Below, piece by piece: positions 18,685 through 30,453 of a stretch of 64,000 nucleotides of DNA; the stretch's first letter is position 1, and each line of letters starts with the position of its first letter. The notes under the pieces are model-generated. The model was not told where the DNA came from, did not search any database, and saw only the letters and a program-made list of their open reading frames with translations. The stretch spans positions 40,283 through 104,282 of the forward strand of contig JAHHIK010000012.1 of assembly GCA_019358935.1 (NCBI GenBank), given 5' to 3'. The translations under genes were made by a program, and so were the position numbers. Source of the stretch: Tolypothrix carrinoi HA7290-LM1. GTDB lineage: Bacteria; Cyanobacteriota; Cyanobacteriia; Cyanobacteriales; Nostocaceae.

Positions 18685-18934
18685 GGGGAAATGGGGAATG
18701 GGGCATTGGGCATGGGGCATGGGGGAGGCAGTGCGTTGCGGAGGTCACGAACGTTGTAGCACCTGCCGTCATGGGGCATTGGGCATGGGGCAGGAGGAAG
18801 GGGGAAGGGGAAAAGGGGAAGGGGGAAAGGGAAAATATTTCTTCTTTCTTGTCCTTTACCCAAAACCCTTTACCCAAAACCCCTCTTCTAATCCCCATTG
18901 CCCAATGCGATAGGGCCCAATGCCCAATTACCAA
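18685..18934. repeat. STRR heptamer tract with an embedded 45-nt module
   Basis: GGGGCAT/GGGGAAA/CCCAATG units; module at 18725-18769. Confidence 0.85.
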
Positions 18935-20050
18935 TTACCTTCCTAAGACTTCAATCCGCACTGGTGCTACACCACTGCCCATCATTCCTAAAACGCGGGC
19001 AGCGGCAACAGAAAGGTCAATTACTCGACCGCGAATGAATGGACCGCGATCGTTAATTCGCACTACTACAGAACGACCGTTGCGGGTGTTGGTGACGCGG
19101 ACTCGCGTACCAAAGGGTAAATGGCGATGGGCAGCTGTTAGTTTTTCTGGATTAAATCTCTGACCGCTGGCGGTGCGATTGCCGGAACCATCATAGCCAT
19201 AATAAGAAGCTACTCCCCTGAGGGAGACTTTCACAGGTCCGACATTAATCTCTGATGGCAATTTTGGTATTGATAGTGGCGATCGCGTCGGTAAGTTAAG
19301 AATCTGGTTTAGGGGAGAAGCATTGCCTAGTAATCTCCGCAAGCGATTGGTGGCTTGCAATGCGTCTTGTGCCAGATTATTGGTTGTGTCTGGCGATCGC
19401 GTTTGATCGTTGATTTCGACCAATTCTTCGTTATTGACTTTGATGATATAGCGATCGCTCGATGTTTGGTCAGCAGAGACACTTTTATTTTGTGCTTGAT
19501 TTGTTGTCGCGCTAACAGCTTTCCAACTGACGATTATTTGACTGGCGTCTACATTTTCCCGGCTTAACTGGTTTATCTTCGCTGCTACTACACCAGCTCT
19601 TTGAACCGGGTCATCATCGCCAATGTTTGTTTGGTTACTAACAAAAGTTATAGTTTCAACACTGGCTTCTTTTACAGAAGTGTCAGCAACAGCATTGTTT
19701 GACTGTGTACTTTGAGTATCACCACCAGTTACACCAACTTTGGTATCTACTTTGGTTTCTTCGCTCTTGACTGGTGTAGAACTGACAAAGGTGAGAACAG
19801 GAATTTTGCGAATAAATAGCGTTGCAGCTTGACGACCTCCAATATTGTGAGGATGAATTTCCGTAATTACGGCATCCGAGGTAAGGTTCCCTGCTGAGGA
19901 TTGATACTCTCCCACCTTGACGATATCGGCTGAAGGTGTTTTTTGGGAAGCGGTATCCGTTTCCTTGGCTGTTTGAGCGCGACCGATTGAGGGCATTCCC
20001 AAAACAGTCATAAACAGGGTGACAATAGTCCACAAATGTCTTTGATTCAT
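18935..20050 (-). CDS. rlpA: Septal ring lytic transglycosylase RlpA family protein
   Basis: Signal peptide; C-terminal [32 protein letters not shown]. Confidence 0.92.
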   Translation of the reverse strand: MNQRHLWTIVTLFMTVLGMPSIGRAQTAKETDTASQKTPSADIVKVGEYQSSAGNLTSDAVITEIHPHNIGGRQAATLFIRKIPVLTFVSSTPVKSEETKVDTKVGVTGGDTQSTQSNNAVADTSVKEASVETITFVSNQTNIGDDDPVQRAGVVAAKINQLSRENVDASQIIVSWKAVSATTNQAQNKSVSADQTSSDRYIIKVNNEELVEINDQTRSPDTTNNLAQDALQATNRLRRLLGNASPLNQILNLPTRSPLSIPKLPSEINVGPVKVSLRGVASYYGYDGSGNRTASGQRFNPEKLTAAHRHLPFGTRVRVTNTRNGRSVVVRINDRGPFIRGRVIDLSVAAARVLGMMGSGVAPVRIEVLGR

Positions 20051-20976
20051 GCGTCCGTTTTTAAAGCGTGTTAAGAACTGAAGGTTTATCTTTCGTGAGA
20101 TTTTGCACCACAATCATGTAAAATGCCCCAAAAATTTAAACTCATTCCCATGAACACTTTTTGTTTATAACTGCAACAGATTAACATGAACCTTTTGCCT
20201 AGGGGATCAGGGTTGTATCGTAACTCTTGGTAAATTTATCAAATTTAAATTTCAATTTTCAGCACAAAACCTTTCCCAAAAGCGGATTTTGGCTGTTTAA
20301 TAGTTGTCTGGAAAATTAAAATTTTTCTTAGGGAAACTTAACAATATTTAGTGGATAAATTGGTTTGGATAGTGTCTCCAACCGCTCATCAAGCTAATTG
20401 CTGTATGTGTAATATCGAAAGCAAAAGTTAATGCACAAAATCGCTTAAAAAACAATAGTATTAACTTTAAAATTTTAAATATAAATACTGATATTTTATT
20501 AGATTAATCAATTGATTGCCTTTCATCTCAGAGTATCTGCAAAACTTGAGATTAATTATCTTTTTCAAATAGTTTGATTCTATACAAACCACGAACCACA
20601 CAGTCTTAACCGATGTTTGAGAATTTGTCAAATAAGCCTAGCAGTAATTATGAGTACCAATGAAGTTATAATTTTTTATCGTTAGAGAAAAATGAATAAT
20701 GAGAAAATTAACCAGAGTTAATTGGCAAATTTTCACTTTATTTGCCGATATAGCGAAAAACTACGGAAAAGTTTCCCCTACGCTAAAACTGGACAAAAAA
20801 GGATGCGCCTTCATCCGAGGCGGCGGTTCGCGCTCCCAGAATCTTCTGTCCGGCGACACGCCTTTGACTGGTGGGGTGTTGAGGATCTTTAAAACAAGGC
20901 TGTCCAATTTTGTCTGACTTTTTGGAACCCCGCATCGCCTTTTTCTAGCCTAATTTTTACTCTTTCAGCTGCACTT

Positions 20977-21944
20977 GTGATGGGACAAGAAAATTTAGAA
21001 GCTGTTCTCAACGACTTGCATTGCAAATACAAGTCACTGCAAGATGGTGCAGTAGCTAAATATATACCGGAATTGGCAAAGGTGAATCCGGAGTTGTTTA
21101 GCATCTGCGTTGTAACTGTTGATGGTGAGGTTTACCAAGTTGGTGATGACAAACAGTTATTTACAATCCAGTCGATTTCCAAGGTGTTTGCATATGGACT
21201 TGCGCTTGAGGATCATGGACGGGATTATGTTTTAACTAGGGTTGGGGTGGAACCGACGGGAGATGCATTTAATGCAATTATTCTAGATGAGCAATCAAAT
21301 CGACCATTAAATCCAATGGTAAATGCGCTCCGCGATCGCCACCACCAGTTTAATCAAGGGTAATGGTGCAACCGAACGTCTCAATCGAATGTTGAATATG
21401 TTTCGCGGATACATCGGTCATGATGTATTCGTTGACATCTCCGTATTTACCTCAGAGCGCTCCACCGGACATCGCAACCGGGCAATGGCGCACTTAATGC
21501 TAAACTTTGGCATGATCGATCCTAACATTGAAGAATCGCTGGATTTGTACTTCCAGCAATGCGCGGTGATGGTAAATTGCTACGACTTAGCAGTTATGGC
21601 AGCTACTTTGGCGAAACATTGGTATCAATCCGGTTACAAAAGAGCGTGCCGTGAATAGCAGTTATATAAAAGACATTTTGAGCGTCATGTATACCTGCGG
21701 CATGTATAATTTTGCCGGGGAATGGGCTTATAAAATCGGTATTCCTGCGAAAAGCGGTGTTTGTGGTGGAATTATCGCTATAGTACCAAATAAGATGGGA
21801 ATCGGAGTATTTTCGCCGCGTCTTGATGCGCGTGGTAACAGTGTTCTGTCGTTGAAGGTGTGTGAAGAACTTTCCCAGCAGTTAGGCTTACATCTATTTG
21901 AGTGTTCGCGCAATAATTTCAAGTCGGGAGATTTATGTAATTAA
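20977..21944 (+). pseudogene. glsA: Glutaminase A with two apparent +1 frameshifts (about 21330 and 21615)
   Basis: [46 protein letters not shown] spread over three frames. Confidence 0.88.
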
Positions 21945-22262
21945 ATTTTATTTTTCTTAAGTAATAATAACCAGAGATTTGGCAATACAAAAAACCGAAT
22001 TTCCCCTAATTTATTATCATTAGATGAGCCTTTAGGAAGAGTAAATTGTATTTGAAATATTTTATAATTATATAAGGAATGCTTAATGCCCGTTATTCAG
22101 ATTAAAAAAACTAATAGAACGAACATGGGAAATAAGGTTATTAACCTTTATTACCTTGATGTTGACTGTTAAAGCATTGAGTACGAACAAGTTAAAATAT
22201 TTGAGATTCAATCATAGCATCTATATTAGCAAATTTTTCAGATTTGGCAAATTAATAATGTA

Positions 22263-23837
22263 ATGTTGTATTTAGCTACAGTCCTGACAGCTAACTTTGA
22301 TATACGCCTGATTGTCCTTTCAATTGCTATTGCCATAATTGGTTCATGCATTGCCTTAGATATAGCTGAACAAATCTCGCTTGCTCAAAAATCCAGTCGG
22401 CTGTGGTGGGTGACGGGTAGCGCACTTACCTTAGGAATTACTATCTGGGTAATGCACTTTATTGGCATTCTTTCATATCGACTGCCGATACGAGTTGAAT
22501 ATGATTATACTATCGTCTTAATTTCAATGGTAGTAGCAATTGTCGGTTCAGCAATAGGATTTTTTATTATTAGCTGTCAGCCGAAAGTGGGTAACGTAAC
22601 GTTATTAGTTGGGAGCTTTTTTGTAGCAGGTGCAATTTATGGAATGCACTATACGGCAATGTTAGCACTGAAAGTTTCTGCCGAGCCGGTGCATGACTTA
22701 AAGTTAATTCCTCTGAGTGCTGGAGTAACGATTGGTAATGCATTAAGCGCTTTCTGGCTAACTTTTCATCCCTTTAAAGAGAAGATTGTATCAACAGAAG
22801 TGCGAAAGTTTTACACTGCTTTGCTGATGGGAGGTGCAATTTGTGGAATGCACTACATGGCAATGGCAGGCATTAAGTTTAAGGTGAAAAATGTTTCAGC
22901 CTTGTTAGATGTTCCCGGAGATAATACCGTATTAATAATTGCAATTAGCATTGGGACTTTAATTATTTTAACATTAGGACAACTGGCTGCTTTTTATGGT
23001 CGGCGTTTGAGTGCTGAATTGGCAACAACAGAAGCTTTGCGTCAAAGCGAAGAACGGCTAGAAGAATTGGTAAAAGAACGCACTCAAGAATTAGAAGCGG
23101 CAAAAATGATTGCCGAAGCTGCCAACCGTACAAAGTCAGAATTTCTAGCTAATATGAATCATGAATTACGAACACCACTAACTGCAATAATTGGGTTTTC
23201 GAGCGTACTTTTACAGAAAGTCTTTGGTCCGTTGAACGACAAACAAGAACAGTATGTTAAGGGAATCAATAAGTGCGGATATCAACAGTTAAATCTGATT
23301 AATGACTTGTTGGATTTAGCTAAAATTGAGGCAGGACGAGAAGAATTAGATATCGTCACTTTAGCAGTAGAACCTATTTGTCAAGACTGTCTTGCGGTGA
23401 TTCGCGAACAAGCGATCGCTCGTGGTTTAGATTTATTATTAGAAATTGCGCCAGATGTTACGATTTGTAATGCTGACGATCGCCGATTGCGGCAGATATT
23501 ATTAAATTTACTTTCAAATGCTGTCAAGTTTACCGAATGCGGCTTTGTGAAACTAAAAGTTGAGAAAAAGTCTGGCTTTATTAACTTTGCGGTAATCGAT
23601 ACTGGTATCGGTATTGCCCCAGAGGATCAACAAAAGCTTTTTCAAACATTTCAGCAAGTCGGTAGCGATCGCGATCGCCAACGTCAAGGTACAGGATTGG
23701 GTCTTGCTTTGTCAAAAAATTTAGCTTTACTTCATAAAGGCGATATTACAGTTGAGTCTGAGTTAGGAAAGAGTAGTAACTTTACTTTACTTTTACCCGA
23801 ATCGCCTACTGGCGATTCTTTGCAAATTGTGGAATAA
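22263..23837 (+). CDS. MHYT-domain sensor histidine kinase
   Basis: MHFI/MHYT/MHYM membrane repeats; FLANMNHELRTPL H-box; N, G1 and G2 boxes. Confidence 0.93.
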   Translation: MLYLATVLTANFDIRLIVLSIAIAIIGSCIALDIAEQISLAQKSSRLWWVTGSALTLGITIWVMHFIGILSYRLPIRVEYDYTIVLISMVVAIVGSAIGFFIISCQPKVGNVTLLVGSFFVAGAIYGMHYTAMLALKVSAEPVHDLKLIPLSAGVTIGNALSAFWLTFHPFKEKIVSTEVRKFYTALLMGGAICGMHYMAMAGIKFKVKNVSALLDVPGDNTVLIIAISIGTLIILTLGQLAAFYGRRLSAELATTEALRQSEERLEELVKERTQELEAAKMIAEAANRTKSEFLANMNHELRTPLTAIIGFSSVLLQKVFGPLNDKQEQYVKGINKCGYQQLNLINDLLDLAKIEAGREELDIVTLAVEPICQDCLAVIREQAIARGLDLLLEIAPDVTICNADDRRLRQILLNLLSNAVKFTECGFVKLKVEKKSGFINFAVIDTGIGIAPEDQQKLFQTFQQVGSDRDRQRQGTGLGLALSKNLALLHKGDITVESELGKSSNFTLLLPESPTGDSLQIVE

Positions 23838-24760
23838 AGCGATCGCTATTTTCACGATTACTTTATACTTAATTATTTTTTGATAAACTAAATGCTCATT
23901 TTCTTACGTACTGAGTTATACATAAAACAATAAATTTACGAAAATACTCGGCTTTTAAAACATAGCTTTGTAAAAAATTCATAAACTCTTAATAGTCTTT
24001 ACAGTTAGTTTAAAAACGATTTCATATTTAGCTATAAGATAAAAATAGTTGTGTCGCTACTAAGACGCTCTGGACTAATATGTAAATTACTCTTGCACAT
24101 CATGTTTATAACAACAGACTCTAAAAACTGGCTACAGCAAAGCCGTTATAGTAGTCGGGGAAGTGTGTACTTATTCGCTCCGATGGTCAACTTCAACATA
24201 ATGGCTGAAGTTGGTGACACTCCACCCTAGATGTGCATGTATTTACTTGGAAATTTTTAGATAAATTCAATAATTACATCCAAATGAAGTAAGAAAATTT
24301 TACTTTTGTGTTGGTATCACTTAAACAGATGTAATTTAGTTTAAATCGCTGCTTTTGTAATTGAATAACGCGCATCAAACAGCCGATAAAATCTGCATGT
24401 ATAGATTAGTAATTCTGCAGTTATCTTGACAGGCAAATTGACTCTTATTCGGTTCTTAATTAGTTCCGAATATATAAAGCAGTGTCTCTAATTTCCAGTA
24501 AATATCAATATTCAATACTAACTACCAAAGTTGCTTGTAAGCAAATAAAGCATCTCTTAGACAGCTTTATCTAACAATTAAATAATACCTGCGTTTAATT
24601 CTCACAAATACCTTTTGGTTTTTCAAAGTTTGCTCAACCATTTGGTTTGTATCTGTGGTTTTTAATCACTATACATTCCGAGAATGCAGATTAAAAAGTA
24701 TATCTGACAACGCAGAACAGAATGCAAACATCAAGACAACTATTTATCTGGGTGAAAATC

Positions 24761-25465
24761 ATGAATAACCACGGCTATATCTCAAAGCGGAAAAAAATCC
24801 AAGAAACTGTTTTAACTAACTTGTTAAAAGGTATACCTACAAATTTCGTGGGTAGCAAATTGCGAACTTCGCTGTATCGTAATATTTTTGGCAAAATAGG
24901 TAACTCAGTTTATATTCAACACGGTGTTGAATTCATCAACACTCCTTGTATTGAAATAGGCAATAATGTGCAGATTTTACGAGGTGTTAATCTCGATGCG
25001 AGTGGAGATAAAAACAATAAAATTTATTTAGCAGATAAAGTTGGTCTTAACTATGGTGTTGATATAAATGCGTTAAGAAATACGTGTATATATATAGATG
25101 AATCTACCTTCATCGGTCCTTATGTTTGTATTGCTGGTCCCGGCAATATTAAGATTGGTAAAAACTGTTTAATTGCGGCACACACCGGAATATTCGCTAA
25201 TAATCATATTTTTTCAGATCCCACCCAGTTGATTGGCTTACAAGGTATAACTCGCGAGGGAATTGTAATTGAAGATGATTGTTGGTTAGGTTCTGGAGTG
25301 AAGGTATTAGATGGAGTTACTATCGGTAAAGGTAGTGTTATTGGTGCCGGTTCTGTTGTTACCAAAAATATTCCTCCTTTTTCAGTTGCTGTAGGTGTTC
25401 CGGCACGAGTAATTAAAAGCCGTAATACCCAAATTGCAGAATCTTCAATGTTAAGGTTGACCTAA
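24761..25465 (+). CDS. Hexapeptide-repeat (LbH) acyltransferase
   Basis: IVIEDDCWLGSGVKVLDGVTIGKGSVIGAGSVVTK..GVPARVI. Confidence 0.92.
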   Translation: MNNHGYISKRKKIQETVLTNLLKGIPTNFVGSKLRTSLYRNIFGKIGNSVYIQHGVEFINTPCIEIGNNVQILRGVNLDASGDKNNKIYLADKVGLNYGVDINALRNTCIYIDESTFIGPYVCIAGPGNIKIGKNCLIAAHTGIFANNHIFSDPTQLIGLQGITREGIVIEDDCWLGSGVKVLDGVTIGKGSVIGAGSVVTKNIPPFSVAVGVPARVIKSRNTQIAESSMLRLT

Positions 25466-25530
25466 GTTTGTACAAATAAAGCCTGGTAATTTGATATACA
25501 AATAGGCGAATATTTATTAGTTTTTAACGT

Positions 25531-25570
25531 AATTTAATTATGCAAAAATTATCATTTGCATAATTAAATT
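25531..25570. terminator. AT-rich perfect hairpin between acyltransferase genes
   Basis: AATTTAATTATGCAAA-N8-TTTGCATAATTAAATT. Confidence 0.5.
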
Positions 25571-25618
25571 GCCGTTTTTAAACTTGACAAATCATATATA
25601 GATAAGGAAATTGATTTA

Positions 25619-26821
25619 ATGATTCAATTAATAGAAAAAGCTCCGGAAAAACGGTTGCGTCTTCAGTATTTAGATGGCTTACGTGGACTGGCAGCAGTGT
25701 ATGTGGTACTTGTCCATATCGAACCATCTATAGGAGAACAATTGCCTAATTGGTTGCAACTTTTTATCAAAACATTAAGATATGGTCGCGTTAGTGTTGT
25801 AGTGTTTATTATACTTTCTGGCTACGTTTTGATGGCATCAGTAGTTCGCTCGCCAAACGGTTATGTAGCTGGAGGTTTGTTGGGTTATATTAAGCGGCGA
25901 TCGCGTCGAATTTTACCACCATACTATGCTGCTCTTTTTTTCTGCGTCTTACTAGCAGCAGCAATATTTATATTAGAGAAATTTACTAATTTTCAATGGA
26001 ATGAAATAGCTGGTAAAGGTCCATTTTCTCCTTACTTTTCCTTGAGTGATTTCTGCTCTCACCTGCTACTAATTCACAATGTTATTCCAGGTGCCTATAT
26101 GTCCATTAATCCACCATTGTGGACAGTGGCTACTGAATGGCAGTTATACTTTATATTTCCGCTATTCTTACTACCTATATGGCGACGTTTTGGATTAACT
26201 TCAGTTGTTATCGCTGCTTTTTTAATTGGAATAGCACCCTTATATCTTTTCAATGGATTGTTTGAAACAGCTAGTCCTTGGTTTCTTGGTTTATTTGCCT
26301 TGGGAATGGCAGCAGCAGATATTGGACTTTCGCAAAAATCGAAGTTAATTACTATTAGAAATTCTCTCCCGTGGGGTGTATTGACAATTATATTTACTGG
26401 CGTAGCTTTTTTAACTGAGTGGCGAAAATTGGGATTGCATATATGGATTAGTGAAAGTTTTTTTGGTCTGGCATCTGCTTGTTTATTTATTTACTGCACC
26501 AAGTTTGCGATCGCTGACAAAAAACTACCTTCAATTCTACGTGTATTTGAGCATCCGATTGCGATACTCTTTCAGAGTCACTTCGTGAACGCACTCGGAG
26601 TATTTTCTTATAGTCTCTATCTCACTCATGGACCAGTATTAGTATTGGTACGTTACTTTCTTTTTAGTCTGCAATTATCTCCAGTATTATTTGCGGTTAC
26701 ATCTTACACATTAGGTCTGGCAACGTCGTTAGTAATTGCTTATTTGTTTTACTTACTTTTTGAAAGACCATTTATGTCTGGTTTCTTAAAGAAGCGGAAA
26801 GTCAAAGATGCAGTAAGTTGA
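25619..26821 (+). CDS. Acyltransferase 3 (OafA-like) membrane O-acyltransferase, paralogue 1
   Basis: LDGLRGLA, FIILSGY, RR..RILPPY, LWTVATEWQLY, SYSLYLTH, FERP. Confidence 0.93.
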   Translation: MIQLIEKAPEKRLRLQYLDGLRGLAAVYVVLVHIEPSIGEQLPNWLQLFIKTLRYGRVSVVVFIILSGYVLMASVVRSPNGYVAGGLLGYIKRRSRRILPPYYAALFFCVLLAAAIFILEKFTNFQWNEIAGKGPFSPYFSLSDFCSHLLLIHNVIPGAYMSINPPLWTVATEWQLYFIFPLFLLPIWRRFGLTSVVIAAFLIGIAPLYLFNGLFETASPWFLGLFALGMAAADIGLSQKSKLITIRNSLPWGVLTIIFTGVAFLTEWRKLGLHIWISESFFGLASACLFIYCTKFAIADKKLPSILRVFEHPIAILFQSHFVNALGVFSYSLYLTHGPVLVLVRYFLFSLQLSPVLFAVTSYTLGLATSLVIAYLFYLLFERPFMSGFLKKRKVKDAVS

Positions 26822-27012
26822 CCAAATAATTATTAATTCATAATTCATAATTCATAATTAAAAAAATGGGTATTTGCGCGAACACGCTCATTAAAAATAA
26901 GCTAAAATTTCTTAAGCTAAAAGTTCAAGCTGACACTGATTGAAGTTAGGAATTATTAATTATTAATTACATTAATACAGTAGGTTGAGCTACTATTTAT
27001 TTTCACATAATT

Positions 27013-27168
27013 CAATACGGTTCAGTTAAGCATTTTTTCCTTCTCTCTGTGTCGCGCCAGTCGCTACAACGGGGGGAACCCCCGCAACGCGCTGGCTTCT
27101 CTGCGCCTCTGCGGTTCGTTAAAAAATTGACTTTGACAAAGAGTTTTAACCTTAACTGAACCGTATTT
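27013..27168. mobile_element. MITE with ~18-bp terminal inverted repeats and a 10-bp target duplication
   Basis: CAATACGGTTCAGTTAAG ... CTTAACTGAACCGTATT; TCACATAATT at 27003-27012 and 27169-27178. Confidence 0.85.
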
Positions 27169-27208
27169 TCACATAATTAGCAAAAAAACAAAACAGGATG
27201 TTAATTTA

Positions 27209-28411
27209 ATGAAACAATTAACTACGACATCTACTGACGAGAGAATACGTCTGCATTTCTTAGATGGAATACGTGGTTTGGCAGCATTGTATGTGGTATT
27301 TTGTCATATTTTGCCGCACCAAGGGGAAAACTTACCTCTATGGATAAGTTTGCCAACAAAACTATTAAGATATGGTTCTTTTAGTGTGGCAATTTTTATT
27401 GTACTTTCTGGCTACTGTTTAATGTTGCCAGTAACTCGCTCTCAAATCGGTTACATTCCCGGAAATTTATTTAATTACTTTAAAAAAAGAGCGCGAAGAA
27501 TTTTACCACCTTTTTATGCAGCTATTATTTTCTGCTGTATATTAGCTCTGATAATATTAACTCTAGAACGATTTACGACTTTTCAATGGCGTGAGGTTCA
27601 GTACGATTGGTTTTCTCCTTACTTCTCATTTTTAGATGTAATTTTGCACTTTTTAGTAATTCATAATTTTGTTCCAGGAACTGATGTTTATATTATGAAT
27701 ATACCATTATGGAGTGTGGCTTTAGAATGGCAGATTTACTTTTTATTTCCTTTAGTTTTTCTACCTGTGTTGCGACGTTGGGGTTTGTTGTCAGTGATAG
27801 CGATCGCTTTTCTAATTGGACTTACACCCCACTATTTATTTAATAATTATATGGACCCAAGCCGTCCTTGGTTTGTCGGTTCATTTACTATCGGAATGGC
27901 TGCGGCAGAAATCGCATTTTCACAACAGCCACAACTAATAAAACTCAATAAATCTTTGCCGTGGGGTAAGCTAGCGGCAATTTTTGCAAGCGTTGCTATC
28001 ATCACTGAATGGAAAAAATTAGGAGTTGATGCTTGGATTTTCGAGACTTTCGCGAGTATAGCTGCCGCTTGTCTAATAATCTACTGCACCAAGATTGTGA
28101 TTGAACGGAAAACACCACCTTTAATTATGAGACTATTCGAGCATCCGATTGCGATACTCTTTCAGAGTCACTTCGTGAACGCACTCTCGACATTTTCCTA
28201 CAGTCTGTATCTCACTCACGGACCAGTAGAAACGCTAATCAATCACTGGCTTGTTACTTTAAATATGTCTCCGGTAATGTTTGCAGTGACATTATACTTA
28301 TTGAGTGTGGGAATCTCGTTAATATTTGCCTATTTGTTTTACTTAGCCTTTGAGCGACCTTTTATGTCTGGTTTCTTAAAAAAGCGGAAAGTCAAAGATG
28401 CAATTAGTTGA
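27209..28411 (+). CDS. Acyltransferase 3 (OafA-like) membrane O-acyltransferase, paralogue 2
   Basis: LDGIRGLA, FIVLSGY, LWSVALEWQIY, SYSLYLTH; same length and near-identical C-terminus to paralogue 1. Confidence 0.93.
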   Translation: MKQLTTTSTDERIRLHFLDGIRGLAALYVVFCHILPHQGENLPLWISLPTKLLRYGSFSVAIFIVLSGYCLMLPVTRSQIGYIPGNLFNYFKKRARRILPPFYAAIIFCCILALIILTLERFTTFQWREVQYDWFSPYFSFLDVILHFLVIHNFVPGTDVYIMNIPLWSVALEWQIYFLFPLVFLPVLRRWGLLSVIAIAFLIGLTPHYLFNNYMDPSRPWFVGSFTIGMAAAEIAFSQQPQLIKLNKSLPWGKLAAIFASVAIITEWKKLGVDAWIFETFASIAAACLIIYCTKIVIERKTPPLIMRLFEHPIAILFQSHFVNALSTFSYSLYLTHGPVETLINHWLVTLNMSPVMFAVTLYLLSVGISLIFAYLFYLAFERPFMSGFLKKRKVKDAIS

Positions 28412-28656
28412 GAATTACAGAAAACCTAGAAATAAAATGCAGCTTGTTTGTAGGGAATTTTACTTCACTACATTTTTTTGTTAATTTTATAATATCAAAG
28501 CGATCGCTCTTTTCTATGTCAAAATTTATAGTTAGACGATATTCCCAGTTTAGCATTAACCCCCAGACAGATTTTTAAAAAAGCAAAATTACTCTAGCCG
28601 CAGTAAAATTTTGTAAGCTATAACCGGAAAAAGACAATGATGGATGGGTAGAACAA

Positions 28657-29115
28657 GTGCGAAAAAATCAACTGCTTTACATCTTATTTGCACTTAGCTT
28701 ACTAAGCATTTTAGGCTTTTCTTACGTCTCGGATCTCTCAGAGCGATCGCCAATCACTAGTTGCCGCAGATGGGGATTTTATTCGTCAAAAGGTGAAAAA
28801 TATTACGCTCATCCAGAGAAAATTGTGGTAAAGCCTTGGGTTGGTCCGCATAATGTTTACGGCATGTTCATGATTCCGGATGGATATCGTAATGACTTTT
28901 TCTTTACAGTCACAATAGATAAAACTGACGTTCACTGCGGAGTTATGGATGAAGTTGCTACAAAATTTGCCGCAGGCGTAAATGCCAAACCAGGATATTA
29001 TCTGATAAAAGGACTTTTGAACACGCGAGTTGCTCTTCAACTAATTATCCAAGGTAAAGGAGATCAATTAAAGCAGCCACAAAATTGGAGAGTGGGTTAC
29101 GTCAATAAAGAATGA
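28657..29115 (+). CDS. Hypothetical exported/membrane-anchored protein
   Basis: N-terminal hydrophobic segment, 152 aa, no recognised motif. Confidence 0.65.
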   Translation: MRKNQLLYILFALSLLSILGFSYVSDLSERSPITSCRRWGFYSSKGEKYYAHPEKIVVKPWVGPHNVYGMFMIPDGYRNDFFFTVTIDKTDVHCGVMDEVATKFAAGVNAKPGYYLIKGLLNTRVALQLIIQGKGDQLKQPQNWRVGYVNKE

Positions 29116-29244
29116 GGGGAATGGGGAATGGGGAATGGGTAATGGGTAATGGGTAATAACTTTTCTCATTTCCACGTTCCCAATTCCCAATTACCAATTC
29201 CCAATTCCCCATTACCAATGCCCATTGCCCAATTCCCAATTCCT
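29116..29244. repeat. STRR heptamer tract (GGGGAAT/GGGTAAT then CCAATTC)
   Basis: Tandem heptamers between convergent genes. Confidence 0.9.
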
Positions 29245-30453
29245 TCATACCAACATCCCCGCAATACAAGCGGTGATAAAACCGGCAAGCAATCCGCCAA
29301 TCATCGACTTTACACCCATACGTGCCAAATCGTGCTGGCGGTTCGGTGCCATCCCGGTAATTCCACCGATGGTAATTCCGATTGAGCCGATATTCGCAAA
29401 ATTACACAGCGCGTAAGTTGCAATAATTACTCCTCGCTGGGAAATTTTGCCATCCTTAATCAGTTTCCCCAAATCCACGTAAGCAATAAACTCATTTAAA
29501 ATAGTCTTTTTACCCAACAACGCTCCGACTTGTCCGCAATCAGCTAAAGGCACGCCCATCAACCACGCCAAAGGTGCCATAATAAAAGATAATATCCATT
29601 CCAATGACAACTGCGGTAAATTAACAAGCGCTCCCAACCATCCCAGCAGCGCATTCGCAGCGGCTAACAATCCCAAAAAGGCAATAATCATCACCCCCAC
29701 ATTAACGGCTAATTTCACGCCGTCAAGCGCCCCTGTTGTAGCAGCATCAATGACATTGACGTAATTCGTCTGAACATCCATCTTTATCTTACCCACTGTG
29801 TCCGATACTTCCGTTTCTGGGTAAAGCAGTTTTGCTACTACCAATGCAGTAGGGGCTGTCATAAAGAAAGCGGCAATCAAGTGTTCTGCTGGTATACCAA
29901 ACGATAAATAAGCACCCAGTACTCCACCGGCAATTGTGGCAAAACCGCCTGTCATTACCGCGAACAATTCTGATTGCGTCATTGTTGCGACAAAGGGTTT
30001 AACAATTAGCGGTGATTCAGTCGGTCCCAAAAAGATATTACCAGCAGTCGATAAAGACTCAGCCCCCGATGTTTTCATTGTCTTCATCATCACCCACGCC
30101 AGCTTATTCACCACCCACTGCAAAATACCGTAGTGGTACAATACACTGATAAAGGCAGAGAAAAAGATAATTGTTGGTAGCACTTGAAAGGCAAATAAAT
30201 GCTCTTTAAAATTCTCTCCAAAGACAAATTTGGCACCTTCATCAGAGAATGCTAAAAAATTACTTACCACATCGCCGAGAGATTTAAATACAGCTAAACC
30301 ACCGGGAGTTTTCAGAATTAGCAGCGCAAATACAAACTCTAAACCTAACCCCCAAGCGATAGTTCGCCAACGTATAGCGCGACGGTTGTTAGATAAAAAG
30401 TAGGATATGGCGATGAAAACTAATACACCCAATGCGGAAATAGCTCGTTCCAT
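29245..30453 (-). CDS. NupC/NupG family Na+/H+:nucleoside symporter (CNT)
   Basis: [48 protein letters not shown]. Confidence 0.93.
   Translation of the reverse strand: MERAISALGVLVFIAISYFLSNNRRAIRWRTIAWGLGLEFVFALLILKTPGGLAVFKSLGDVVSNFLAFSDEGAKFVFGENFKEHLFAFQVLPTIIFFSAFISVLYHYGILQWVVNKLAWVMMKTMKTSGAESLSTAGNIFLGPTESPLIVKPFVATMTQSELFAVMTGGFATIAGGVLGAYLSFGIPAEHLIAAFFMTAPTALVVAKLLYPETEVSDTVGKIKMDVQTNYVNVIDAATTGALDGVKLAVNVGVMIIAFLGLLAAANALLGWLGALVNLPQLSLEWILSFIMAPLAWLMGVPLADCGQVGALLGKKTILNEFIAYVDLGKLIKDGKISQRGVIIATYALCNFANIGSIGITIGGITGMAPNRQHDLARMGVKSMIGGLLAGFITACIAGMLV

Noticed and set aside
20790..20976. Glutamine (glnA) riboswitch upstream of glutaminase
   Set aside because: I could not find the conserved core motif; kept only as an unexplained structured segment
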